Positions 12,021-24,158 of a stretch of DNA of 64,000 nt are shown here, in pieces. Within the stretch, counting starts at the first letter, position 1. The number at the start of each line of letters is the position of its first letter. Under the pieces are notes generated by a model. That model had not been told where the DNA came from. It worked only from the letters and a program-made list of their open reading frames with translations, and did not search any database. This DNA is from Tricharina praecox (taxonomy: Eukaryota). A program made the position numbers and the translations under genes. The stretch spans positions 1-64,000 of the forward strand of contig NW_026250403.1 in assembly GCF_024521635.1 (NCBI RefSeq), read 5' to 3'.

Positions 12021-14013
12021 ATGAAGACGTTTCCCTCACTATCAAATCTGGCCCAGCGCGTTCGTCCCCACGTCCGTGCTAAGGTGCCGTTCAAGGTTGG
12101 CATCTACGGCACTGATCCCAGATGGAGCAATGAAGGTGCGTCTCTACCCATACATGTCTCCGACAGAATTTTACCTAATCTCCGGAATCAAAAAAGACCT
12201 GGACCCTGTCCCGGTCAAGGCTCAGACTTGGGGGGGCATAGACTACTGGGCCTATTGGACCAGTGACATGCTGGCACCCCCTCTTGCGGCTACCGTCAGC
12301 ACGTATGCAACCCCTCAATCTGTTGTGGTCGTGGCTTACAGTGACTGCTTAGTGTTATGTCGCTGGGCTTTACGGCTCGGGAGACGATTCCGATCGTGTT
12401 TTTCGGCTTCATGATCTGCAGCATCGTTGTTACATTGACCGGAAAGGTTGGCGTGGAGGTTCCATTCCCGTGGTGGTCTACAGGCTGAGAATGGGCTAGA
12501 TGGGCGCTCAATACCACGTTGCGTATCCCGTGATCATCCGTGCGTCATTCGGCATGTACGGGTCGTATCCGGCCATCATCATCCGTGGTATGTATCTCGT
12601 GTCTCCTACCTCAATGCAGTGTCTCACGATGTTCTACGCCTAGCATTCGTGGCGATGATGTGGACCGCAATCCTGTGCGTGCAAGCCGGAGGCTTCCTAC
12701 AGAACTGCATCGAGGCGATCTGGCCAGGCTTCAAGACGTTTCCGAACCACCTGCCAGCCGATGCCGGTATCGACTCGGCGGGCTTGCTGTGCTTCTTCCT
12801 GTACTGGATCTTGCAGACGCTGCTATCCATCATGCCGATCCATAAACTCCGGCTGCTGTTCCTTGCCAAAGCCATCATCGTGCCTCCTACCTTCATGGCA
12901 CTCTTCCTCTGGGCGGTTATGTAAGTCTTATCCCCCCTTCGCCATCCACGGGATTCATCTGACATCTCCCCAGCGTCACCAAGGGCGGCGGCGAGCTAGT
13001 AACCGGCAAGATGGCCCTCACGACGCCGATGGGGCCGGCGTACTCTGCGCTCACCGGACTCAACGTGATAATCGGGCTATTCTCCAGCATGGCAGTGAAC
13101 ATGCCCGACTTCGGCCGGTTCTCACGGAACCATCTCCGCGGTCCGCACCAATACTTTGCGCTGCCCATCATCGGCACCCTCGGCGCACTGACGCCGATCT
13201 TTGTCACGTCCGCTCACTCGCACATCTGGGGCGAGTTCGAATGGTACATGCCCGCGGTCATTGCGAAGTTTGATTCCCGCGCCGCGAAGTTCTTTGTCGG
13301 TGCGTCGTTCATCTTGGCTACAATTGGCAATCAGATCGCTGCTGGGTCGTTTCCGTTTTCGAATGATATCGTGAGTTGCTCCATCCACTACATTCTCCGG
13401 ACGCTCCTAGCTAACCTACCTACCTCTGCAGTCCGGTCTAGCCCCGCAATACATCAACATCTTCCGAGGCACTCTGCTCATCAGCATCTTCTGCGTGATC
13501 TCCACGCCATGGAACATAATCCGAGCCGCGTCGGGGCTGTTATCGTTCCTATCAGGCTACAGCTGCCTTATGGGCCCCTTGGCCGGAATAATCGTGACCG
13601 ACTACTACATCCTGCGCGGGGGGAAGCTCGACATCCACGAGCTGTACAACGGCACGCCGGCGGGTAAGTACTGGTACACTGGCGGGTTCAACCTACGCGC
13701 GTTTGTCGCGTTCGTGGTTGGTTTTGCGCCGACTATGCCGGGGTTTGCGCGCGCGATTGCGGGAGCGGGGAAGGTAAATGTCGGTGCAGCGTGGAAGGTT
13801 TATACCTTCGCTTGGTTGTTTGGGTTCATGGCGGCGTCGGGGGCGTATTGGGGGATTTGTACTTATATTAGCTCACTGGGTGGGAGCCTGTGTGAGGAGG
13901 CCGTGTTGCCGCCGCATGTGGAGGATGTGCTGGTCGGTGTGGATGATGATGGGAGTGCGGCGCAGGTGGATGTGGAGAAGGCGGTTAGGGTTGTGGAGAA
14001 GGAGGAGGGCTGA
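12021..14013 (+). CDS. NCS1 (Fur4/Dal4-like) nucleobase/allantoin permease (~552 aa, 7 exons)
   Basis: Exons 12021-12135, 12197-12302, 12353-12446, 12500-12587, 12644-12920, 12974-13370 and 13432-14013 join in frame. Motifs RWSNEDLDPVP..TWG..YWAYW, YHVAYPVIIRASFGMYG, NMPDFGRFS, YINIFRG, PWN and GPLAGIIVTDYY. Confidence 0.93.
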
Positions 14014-15364
14014 GGCGTGGTTGTGGCCGTGCGTGGCTGTGATGAGTGACGATTCTCCTTGTTCTGTGATGGGCTTATTTGTGCATCTGGTAGTTCGCGA
14101 TTGATCTCTTTGGAAGGCGGGCAACGCTTAGAATACTTATTTGTTAGCAATAGCTGATTTTCCCAAATTCCCGTAAAGTCTGCTCTGCTCATGGACTACC
14201 GGAAAGGTTGAGCCTTGGAACTCGGTATCCAGATGTGTCAACGTAGCCTCGCTTCGACGGTTATTGTTGTATGTATCAGGTTCAATAGCTGCTACAGTGC
14301 TACGCCGGCGTTTGATCTTTGGTCGCCTTCTACTCTCGGGATAAAACCTCAACACACGTTCCAAGCAGGCAACAGACGGTCCTACATAGATACTTGGTAG
14401 AAACCCCATCCCGAACCGAACGACAAACTATGATAGTTAATTATAACTAACCAGGAATTCCCGCATAGTCACTCACCACTGTTCCAACCTTCCAACCTGG
14501 CGATACCTGCCTAGCTACTACCTACCACTCATAGGGCTGAGCCGAATGGTACTACTCCGTGTGCTCACGTTCTGCCCGTGACCGTAACTATACTACATAG
14601 CTGGTACTGTCTTCTCTTAATTATTGGAGACTACCTCTCGTACATAGCAGAAGTCAAATGACAGTCCAAGCCAGGGTTCGAGCTCACTGCCGTTAACGGT
14701 GGAAAGCACGTGGAGGCCAACATGGAGACTTATGTTGCGATAGAGCCTCGGCCGTTCTACTATTGCAACGGCTCCCTCGCTAGTTACGGCTACCTAGCCT
14801 TCAATTGCCATCCGCGTAAATACTACCTACTCTATTTAAGCGATAACCATCCAGCCAACCACGACTACGTGCACATCACTGTGGCTCACTCGCGGCACCG
14901 ATAGTTCACTAGCGGTCTCCGCTGAAAGTTTACCGCGTGTGATTACCGCGTGACTACCGTTGTTTACTAGTACTCAATAGTACAGTAGATGATTTGGTAG
15001 CTGTCTCGGCTCCCAAGCGGTTTCGCTTCTTATCGTGGATAAAGTTCATTCATTGGCTAGGTACTCTTATCTACACCACCCCACTCCATTCTGAGTGTTG
15101 GAGTAGGGCCAGAAGAAAGGAAAAACATACCACGACCATCTAGGTACAGAAACGAATTTGCTGTCGTTCAGTACATACAATAATTATCACAATCATAGAT
15201 ATCACGACAGAAAACACTCTACAATTTCACGTAATACTTTATCGTCGGACCTCAGACTTTTTTTGATTTGACATCCCTATTTGTACAACGCAAACCGCGG
15301 TACCTCTCAAATTAACGCCCCACCATATCTATCGTACAGCAACTTTTGTGTTCAATATGGCACA

Positions 15365-16876
15365 TTAGGCTTCGGCGCTGGTGGGAGGGGTCGGCAGGGC
15401 GGCCGAGGCAACCTTCTTCAACGGCTTCTGCGCATACATGACGTACCTGTTGAACTTTGGATTAGACAGTGATTTTGTAAGGCGGCTGGGGGGGGGGGGG
15501 GGGGGGGGGGGGGGGAGGTGCACGTACTGCGGGTTCCAAACGTGAATCCTACGCTCGGAGATCTCGCGCTTAGTCGCGTCGACCAAGGCTACAACCTCGT
15601 CCAGTTGCATGCCGAGGAAACGGGTGAGCAGCGCTAGAGCGTATGCCTCGAAGCCGCTCATGGCAACGTACCACATCCATTTTCCGAGCTCCTTCTGGCG
15701 CTTGTCGAGGGGCCACAGACCGATCGGAGTCTTGTAGCAGTTCTGGACCGTGTCGACGAAGCCGGCGCCCGAGAGGAGCTCGGGCAGCTTGTGCGCATCG
15801 TTGAGAGAACGACCGGAGCGCTCCGCTGCCTTGTTGACCAGCTGGTAGTAGCGGTAAATCGCGGTTTCGGGTGTGTAGGTACCGTCGTCGCTCTTAACGG
15901 CAAAGGCGTACTCGTACAGCTCAATGTAACCACCCGGCTTGAGATGGCTTTGGAGTGGGCTGTTGTCAGCGACGGATGCTCAGGTTACACTGGGAAGTGA
16001 AACATACTTGAACGCCTGCTTGAGCAACTTTGGCCAGTCCTGGATCCCACCGGCGAGACCACGGATGTGAATCAAGTCGAAGTGGTTCTTGGGAAAGATC
16101 CAATCCTCCTCGGCGTCCTCGACCAGGATCTGGAGGTTCTGGGGAAGCCATCCCGGCTGGATCGGCGACAGGTCCGTTCCCACGACCGTGGCATCGGGGT
16201 ACATCCTGCAGGAATGTGTTCAGCGGGAATTACGCGAAAAGCCAGCTAGCAGCTAAGCTGCCAGTAGATCAACTCTTACTCGGCACAGTCGATGGCCCAG
16301 ATACCAGTACCCGTTCCAACATCGAGGATGTTTTTGGGCTTGATGACTGGGGCGAGATGGAGAGCGCCGCGCATGTGCAGCAGACTCAGATGATGCGCCA
16401 TATCCAGACTGACGGTCGGTTAGCAGAGCGAAAGATGATAGGTGAAGGGGAAGCTAGTTTACCGGTCCTGCTCAGTCTATTCGCATCATCGCCGTAGTCA
16501 ATACCGGTTGAGCGCTCGGGTTAAGGGAACAAGCAGTGGGTTATCACCTCATCGTTCGGAAGCGCATACTTGCCGGAGCGGTAAGCATGGTACCTACGAC
16601 CGTTCTCGTAGGTGTAGCTGTAGATAGACGAGGCCAGAGACGGCGTCGCAGCCTCACTACTGCGCGGTTAAGAAATCATGAAAGCAAATATGGGGGTGGG
16701 AATTTCAGCGCAGCATACTCTCCACTCTCAAAGGCAGAGTCGTAAGGATCAGAATCTTGTCCTTCGTGCTGCACGATGCAAGAGCCGCGTACGTCAGTTA
16801 CAATTCGAATTATCTTGCTTGCGCAGCAAATGAAAACACTTACCCATTCGGTGTCGACCGCAATGGGAGTCTGCAT
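15365..16876 (-). CDS. LaeA-like class I SAM-dependent methyltransferase (8 exons)
   Basis: The spliced product contains YTYENGRRYHAY, LPNDE|TEQDR|LD, ILDVGTGTGIWAID, VVGTDLSPIQP, FDLIHIR, LKPGGYIE, PIGLWP and YAQKP. It includes a 14-nt micro-exon at 16476-16463. Confidence 0.92.
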
Positions 16877-19421
16877 CTTGAGGGAGAATTGGAGCAGGTC
16901 GTGGGGAATGGAGGCCGGGAATGGAGGAGGGGAGGGGATGGAGTGGGGGAGAAGGGAGAGGGGAGAGAGAGGGCGACGAGGAGAAGGAGTGGGGGGAGGG
17001 AGGGAGAGGGTTGGTAATTGTGGTGTGATGTCGGTGGAGCAGGTGTGGAGGTTAGGGGGTGTAAGGGGGACGGGCGAGTTGAAGCAAATGCGGGGCGGTA
17101 ACTTGTAGTTGCGGTTGGCATTGTGTGTAGTTGCATTGTAGATGTAGCCGCAGCAGTTCGGTGGCATCCATTCACGTCAAGTTTCGACCCCTCCCATGTA
17201 GCTGTCAGTCAACCGCCTTAGCTTGCAGCAGCTTCTGCCCGCAGGGGGGTCCAGTTTACTACTAGTAACCGCTCCAGAGTACGCGGAGTGAGCCCCAACT
17301 AACCATCAAGCGCCCGAAAGTGACTTGTTCCCAGTACTAGGAAGTCACTACTGCTTAAGTACTCATGGGGGACCTCCAAGTGCGAGGTAAGTACTTGTAA
17401 CTGCTATGTATAAGTACTTGTTACCCTTTTCCCCGCCAGTAGGATGGATCAGCTGGATGTGCGTCGACGCAATGTATCCGCGATCGAGAAACTCGGTAGC
17501 ACACCCGCCAGATCGCACATACTGATAGGCGGGCGGAGTACTTTGGGTGGGTCCGGAGTTGTGTAGGTGACCGGGATCTAAACCTGATGGGAGCGCAGAA
17601 TTGATAGGTATCTGACCTCCCGGAATGCTAGTGATGCCACGGTCGATATCGCACCGAGTGGGGAGAAGAAGGAAAAGTAAAAGAAGAAGCCGAAGGAGAG
17701 CCAGCGCCGAGGAGAAGCGCGACCGAAAATGATGGCGCAAATCGCCTCGATGGATCTTGAGACAGGTCCAATGACAGGTCCAATAGACAACTAATAGTAC
17801 TCTGGTTACTACCAATAGTACCGTATTTACCATAAGCTCCCCGCCCGTAGCGCCACTTCAACTCTTGCAGATCTCCACCGTCTCCGCTCCGCCTCCGGTA
17901 GTTGAAGTCTCCTTTAGCTAAAACCATCTTCTTAGTGCCTACTCCACGCCAGCTGATGCGTGCTAGAGTAAAGTAGAGCGGGCTAACCCGGAAAACTCTC
18001 CAGGTTCAGCGGGACGGGACACGACACGACACGACGCGAGTGGCACGACATGACGGCAAGGGATCCCAAGATATAGTTAATCCGACTTTGCTCGAGGGGA
18101 CTCTCCTCAGGGGAGCGCAACTCATGTATCCGGGGGCCTGGCGCTCGACCGGGCCTCCAGTTCCACTGGCCACCGCCGGAACGGGCTGAAGAGCCAGCGG
18201 ATAACCCGATCAGTGGTGAACTGAGGCCCGGTAACGAACATACATACTTCCTTACCTATAGGTAAGTAATGTATGTAGGTAGGTGTGATACTACATACTC
18301 TGCATAGTTCCGAGAGTCGAGTACCTACATATTCACATACCTACTCCAGAAGAAGGAGAGCCACGGGAGGAAGCTGGCAGACGGAAGGACACACCCAGGC
18401 TCCAGAGCCCTTCCGAAGCACTTGTAGATGATACCTAGGTGCGATAATGGAGGCTGTACACTCTGACCTATGATCGGTCTCCGAATATTCCTTCTGCTCT
18501 GTAGAATCGTTGAAGTAGGTATGTATGTCCAACTGTGAGTAGGTAGGACTGAGCAAAGACCTCCTACCTATGCATAAGTACCTAGGCGGGTACATGGAGT
18601 AAGTGGAGGAGGTATGTACCGGTAGATAGTATGGTATATGCCGTAGGTCCGCGGCCCCACGTTCGCAGCCCTTCCCGGGTGACTGGCCGCAAGGCCGCGG
18701 CCGATCAGTGACCGAACGAGCAGTGCGCTTTGCGTATATACATAGGGCAAAGGATCGACAAGTCTGGCGCAGAAAATCAACGTGGGGGCATAATATTCAT
18801 TCGCATTCTTGCACGGTATGTACCGTAATAGCCTGATCCTTCCCATCCAAGCGAAAACGATCAGCATCCTCCGCCGCATCCTACATATGTATCCGGCGCG
18901 GCGCCAACGGTTGGAAGCTCCGTAGTTCGGCGCAGGGAGCTGCCGCTACTCTATGTATTATGTAGGTAATAACTAGAACCTGAAGTCTTGAAGGGGATGT
19001 ATTTGGAATGGAACCTGAAGTCGTGCAGTCCTGAAGTGGATGTACCCACGCGGTGCAGAGTAGGTATACCAACTATATCGTATCATCGCGAGACATCGAC
19101 AGATTGACAGCCGAGTGGATGATTACTATGGACATGCGCCACAATTACCGTTAGATACCGTTGCCCCGGCCTTGGGAGCGGCCCGACGGCTGGCCCAACC
19201 ACCAATCCATCCAGTTGTCCTTCCCGAACCCCATCAACCGGTTGGCCAGCTATGCTGGAATACATAGAGTGCATGCTATTACTCTAGCTACCCTAGCCCC
19301 GCAAAAATCATAACCAACCCCAGTACTCCACAGCCGTAACCCTTCAACCCCACCCCAAGAGAAAAAAAAAACTCCTACCAAAATAATTACAACTTTTTAT
19401 CCCAGAACGTCCTCCACCCGA

Positions 19422-20060
19422 CTAAAACAACATAGCCGGCCTAGCCAGCATCTTCATCTCGAGCGACGAATTCCACACGCCACAGATCCAGACCGCAATG
19501 AGTAGCTCTCGCATGCGTGCATCATCGCCGTAGCCCTCCGCCAGCTCGAGGGCCCTGACCTCCGCCTCGCCAGTTTTATACATGAACCCCCTAGCGAGGA
19601 CCTCACCAGTGACCGCGTCCTCAATAGCGTCGTGCTTAACCTTCAGCGCGGGCCTGTCCTCGCCGGTACGGAGATTCCCGAGCGGCGTGTGCAGGAACAC
19701 CAACCCGCGCTCCTTGGGCCGCGACTGGAACGCGCTGGCGACGAGGTGGTACTGCGCGCGCGTGCTGCCCGACGTCAGCTGGAAGCCGACGAACGGGAGG
19801 CGCATGATCTTGTAGACATCGCGGTAGCGCGGGAGGGAGGATGAGGAGGTGCTCGAGGTCGAGGGCACCGCGCCCGAGATGATGAGCTCTTGTAGCCGCG
19901 TCGTCAGCGGCGAGGGGATGTGGTAGCTCGGCTGCGACGACGACGTCGTGCACGTGATCAGTGTGTCGTGCGTCGACGGCGGGAGCGTGTACGTGACCTT
20001 GGTGGGCTCGTAGGGCGGCGGGTCGCGGGAGAAGATCGAAAGCGCTTTGTGGATGGACAT
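19422..20060 (-). CDS. Hypothetical protein (~212 aa, single exon)
   Basis: Strongly GC3-biased ORF starting at ATG 20060. It is predicted beta-rich with a hydrophobic terminal helix (RELLIAVWICGVW), loosely resembling Tubby-C/LURP-like fungal proteins. The family is not certain. Confidence 0.7.
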   Translation of the reverse strand: MSIHKALSIFSRDPPPYEPTKVTYTLPPSTHDTLITCTTSSSQPSYHIPSPLTTRLQELIISGAVPSTSSTSSSSLPRYRDVYKIMRLPFVGFQLTSGSTRAQYHLVASAFQSRPKERGLVFLHTPLGNLRTGEDRPALKVKHDAIEDAVTGEVLARGFMYKTGEAEVRALELAEGYGDDARMRELLIAVWICGVWNSSLEMKMLARPAMLF

Positions 20061-22239
20061 GTGCGGTCGTTTGGTTTGGGTCGTTAGGTTCCTTGTTGGC
20101 TGGTGTTGTCTGCTGTTTGCGGGGGAAGCTCTAGGTGTGAATTGCAAAGTTGCGCAGACGATGGAGGCGGCCCTTTACATAACGCTGCCGTGATGTCACA
20201 CGGGGCTGTGCAAACTTGGTTGTCCAGTGGCACAGTGGCACAATGGTCCTAGAAAAGTATTGCTTAGTCGTCTCGGCGTAGGAACACGGGCTCGGCTCCG
20301 AGACTGCACTGCCGATGTTCGCAAGAACTCCAATTCATCGCGGCAGTGGCTGGGTACCGTAATTTCTCACTCAAGAGGTATCTCAAAAGGTGTTCCGTAT
20401 CAAGCATCGTGGTCTCTGATATGAGCGACAATTCTATGACAACTATATGTTCTTATTTACTTTGCTTCCCATTCAGGCAATAACGTGTCGGCACACCAAG
20501 CACAAAAGAAACAGAACTGAGATATTATTTCCTCTTAGTCGAGTGATAGCCAGCAGCCAGAAAGAACCGCTGTCGCCAACTACTCAGGTAGATCTTCGTG
20601 CACGCCCGTTCATTCAGTCTACTCCATGCGAGGGCGGAGGCTAGACCAGTATCCACATAGGTCCATACGACGGCCCATTCTTCGCACTCCACGGTACTAT
20701 ATCTACATCAAGTAGCTACTGGTATCTATTCAACTCCAACATGACACCAGGCACAACCTCACCGGTTCGGAGAACATGCAGATACATTTCCATTACCACA
20801 AAGCAGCAAAACAATATAAACCAACTACCAGCCAAAAGGAGTAATCAATAAAAGCGGCACAAAAGCGATGCAAATAACATCCAGAAACCTCGCCAGGAGT
20901 CATTCCATCAACCAGATACACTAAAAAAAACGAACACGCCAAAATGTTCACCAAAAATAAAACGCCACAAAACATCGAAAGGAACGACAGCATAGCGGAG
21001 TGCGATAGGAACCCATAATCTCACTCGCCCTGGTGGTCATCGTCATCACGTAGAGAGTGCGCCCACGAATTGGAACGTCCGCGGTTCCGCATTTCGACGG
21101 GAGCCCTCGCCCATTCGTCCCACGCGAATTCTGGATATTCTTCCTTCACTACCAGAGCTTCTGTCTGAGAGGCGTCTTGAGAAACTTGGGGCTTCAGTGA
21201 AGCAGCTTGATGGGCCATGGAGGTTGATGGCACCGTCGTTTGCGTTATGAATTGGCCCAGCACTGTTGAGTACACCACCTGTGGAGCTCTTGGATAGGTC
21301 CTCTACGGTACAGGCAACAGCTGCGAGACTGGCTTTGTACCAGCCACTGATGAAGGCGCGTCCCCACCAACGAGCTCTAGTGATTCTGACTGTGGGTACA
21401 CGTTGCTAGAGGCCGCTCGATTCTGATTCCGAGACTCATCGGGATGGATAGGCGGCGGCGGTCGCAACTGTGGTTGGCCCTAGTACTGTTGAATCCGGTG
21501 ATGTGGATACGGGGGATTTTGTTCATTGTGACCATATTGCACTTCCTGTTCCGATCCTCGACGAAACAGTTCCGGCTGGTACCCACCTCCCTGCGGTCCA
21601 TATACCGGGTACGGGTGTGCATTTTGTTGCGCCTGGTATTGTTGCACGTTGTGATATTGATCTTGATGATGTTGGCCATGGAGGTGCTGGCTCTGTCCCT
21701 GCCAATGGTGGTTTTGGGTGTTAATCGGGCCGTTGGGGCGCATATTGCCTGAGTAATCCCAAGGAGAAATCCCGCTCTGCATGACTCCGAGTTGCATCAT
21801 TGGTGCCGATGCATTGGGCTGTGAGTAATAGGGCAAATGACCCAGCCATGGAGACGGAACCGGCTGCGGATGTTGCGTCACTAGGGCTGGTGGATTTGAC
21901 ACCAGACCGTCTCAAACGGGCAACTGACGTATGGGAAGAGAAGGAAAGGGAGGAGCAGGCAGGAATTGGTCTCCCGGTACCCAGACGATACCACCTACTG
22001 CTGCCTGAGAATCGTCCACAAATTGCAGTATTGCTGGCCGCGGGCACCAAAGAGATTGATTATTGTCTGGGGGATAGGGGACAGGAATGTTTGGTACGTT
22101 TTGGTTATAGCCATAGCCTTTCTCCGATTGCTCTCGATGCCACTTCTTTGACTTTGCGTTCGTAGGTCGTCTAGCCCTCTTTCTGGGCGGTGTAAATGTT
22201 GGTATCTCTTTGTAGGGACCTGGCGTATGACCCTGTGGC

Positions 22240-22612
22240 GTCGTATCTGTGCGATTCTTCTTCGCACGGGGATCCCTCGAAAAACCGTCCTGAGGTGGTT
22301 GAACCGCTGATTTGCTTGTAGGTCGCAGGTTAGGCTGGGTCCCGGAGTGCGACTGGAGTAAGTCTGCGGGTTGGGATGCTCGCTGAGTATCCGAAACATC
22401 GTCAGGTTGTGCTACCGGCTTAATTGTCGTATCTGTGCGATTCTCCTCCGCACTGGGATCCCTCGGAGAAACGTCTTGAGGTAGTTGAACCGCAGATTCG
22501 CTTGTAGGTCGCAGGCGAGGCTGGGTCCCGGAGTGAGACTGGAGTACGTCTACGGGTTGAGGGGCTCGCTGAGTATCCGACTTAGCAATAGGTTGTGCTT
22601 ATCGGCTTAGTT
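22240..22612. repeat. Diverged 186-bp tandem duplication (2 copies)
   Basis: GTCGTATCTGTGCGATTCT...GCTGGGTCCCGGAGTG...CTCGCTGAGTATCCGA starts at both 22240 and 22426. Confidence 0.9.
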
Positions 22613-24030
22613 GTAGACAGAGGCGTGGTTCGGGGTGAAGGCTTCGCTGCGGGCCTCGTCCCTGACCGAGGCGGCATTTCCTATGCTGCTCTTCGGGTTG
22701 CCGGTTTGGCCAGTCCAATAGCGACCCTATTCGTCAACTCAGAAGCGGGCTTCGGAGCAGGCTGAGAAGGATGTTGAAATGCCGAATCGACCATGGGCCG
22801 GCGAGCAGGATGATTATTTGGTTTCGTTGGTGCCTGGGTTATCCGTGAAGGTGAAGGCTGTGGTGTGGCTTGCGACTTGAGCTGAGCAATGTCAGGCGCG
22901 CTTGACGATCCCATGCTCGTCCCAGGCAAACGCGGAGGCGCTTTAACCAATCCTACCAGATTCTCGATCGGAGCGTCTGTCGTTGATGTTTGTGCGCCAT
23001 CAACAGGTGCAGCCTAAATACATCGTCAGTTCATACCTCTTACATTGTAATCTAGCTACTTACTCCAGAAGAAGGAATGGAGCCCTTTTTAAAAAGGTTA
23101 CCGCCACGATATTCTCATTGCGCGTTCGACTCGAATCCGAAGGGCTTGCGGGTAATGGTAGTTTCGGGAGGTGCTCGGTTGAAGTTGATCCATTGGTTTC
23201 CAAACGCGATATCTGCGAAGGAGTGACATCCATATCTCCGTTGTTGGGCTTCACTACCATGTCCCTCTGTACTGTAGTCGGCGAATGCAAAGCATGTCCT
23301 TTTATCTGCAACAGCTGCTTCTTCGTACCCAAATTCTTAAAGTCAACGAACATTCCCGGTTGGTGCTTCGCCATCCTTTTCTTTGCTTTCGCGGCCTCCT
23401 TCTGTTTTTTCTTCTCCTCCCTCTCTTTGGCCAACAATGCCTTCTTCTGGATTTTCCTTGCCTTGTTGAGACGCCTTTGACGTTGTTTTTCCAACTCTTT
23501 CTCCATAACCTTCCGCCGCTGCTCGTCGTCATTTGCCGAGTCTTCCTTGGGCGTTCCTACAAGTCTTTCCGTATCTGAGTCCGGAAGAGAATCTCCTTCG
23601 GACGCTACACTTTCAGCCTTCCTTTGCGTCATCCATTTCTTGCGCCAGATCTGCCTCCCTACTATACGAGCCTTAAGCCAATATGCTATCAACTCCAGAG
23701 GAAAATATCCTCGGGACGCTTCACTCTCAGCCTTCTTTAGCGTCATCATTTTCTTGAGCTGGGCCATAAGACCCAATGCTAACTCCCCCGACCATTCATC
23801 TTCCTCCAGTTTCTCCTCCACCGGCCGAAAACCGGCGTGTATCCGACGAATTCCCGAAGTCACTCTATCTTCCGAGTGCGGGCCTAGCAGATCCACCTTT
23901 TCCGCTTCGCGAGCAGCCTCCTCCAATTGTCCGATCAATTCTGTCGCCTCACGTAACTTCTCTGCCACCGTATCATCACCAAGATATTTCGATACAAAGC
24001 GTTTCGAGCCATCTCCTGGACAACGCCGGC

Positions 24031-24158
24031 CGCCTCCTCCATCTCACGAACAGAATTTTCCAAGGCTTTTGCATATTTCATCTCACAATACCTCTGTGCT
24101 GGTTGAGGGCTATCCGCCGTCGCCTCCTCCATCTCGCGAACAGAATTTTCCAATGCTT
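24031..24158. repeat. 90-bp-period duplication encoding ALENSVREMEEA twice (minus strand)
   Basis: CGCCTCCTCCATCTCRCGAACAGAATTTTCCAA at 24031 and 24121. Confidence 0.85.

Noticed and set aside
12447-12499. CTGAGA in an NCS1 intron suggesting a TPP riboswitch
   Set aside because: The intron is only 53 nt and lacks the remaining aptamer consensus. The motif is better read as the branch-site region.
14675-14685. GGTTCGAG B-box-like motif suggesting a tRNA or SINE
   Set aside because: I could not build a cloverleaf or find an A-box around it.
15365-16876. Treating the methyltransferase as LaeA itself or as part of the ureide cluster
   Set aside because: It belongs to a large LaeA-like family, orthology cannot be judged by eye, and adjacency is its only link to the cluster.
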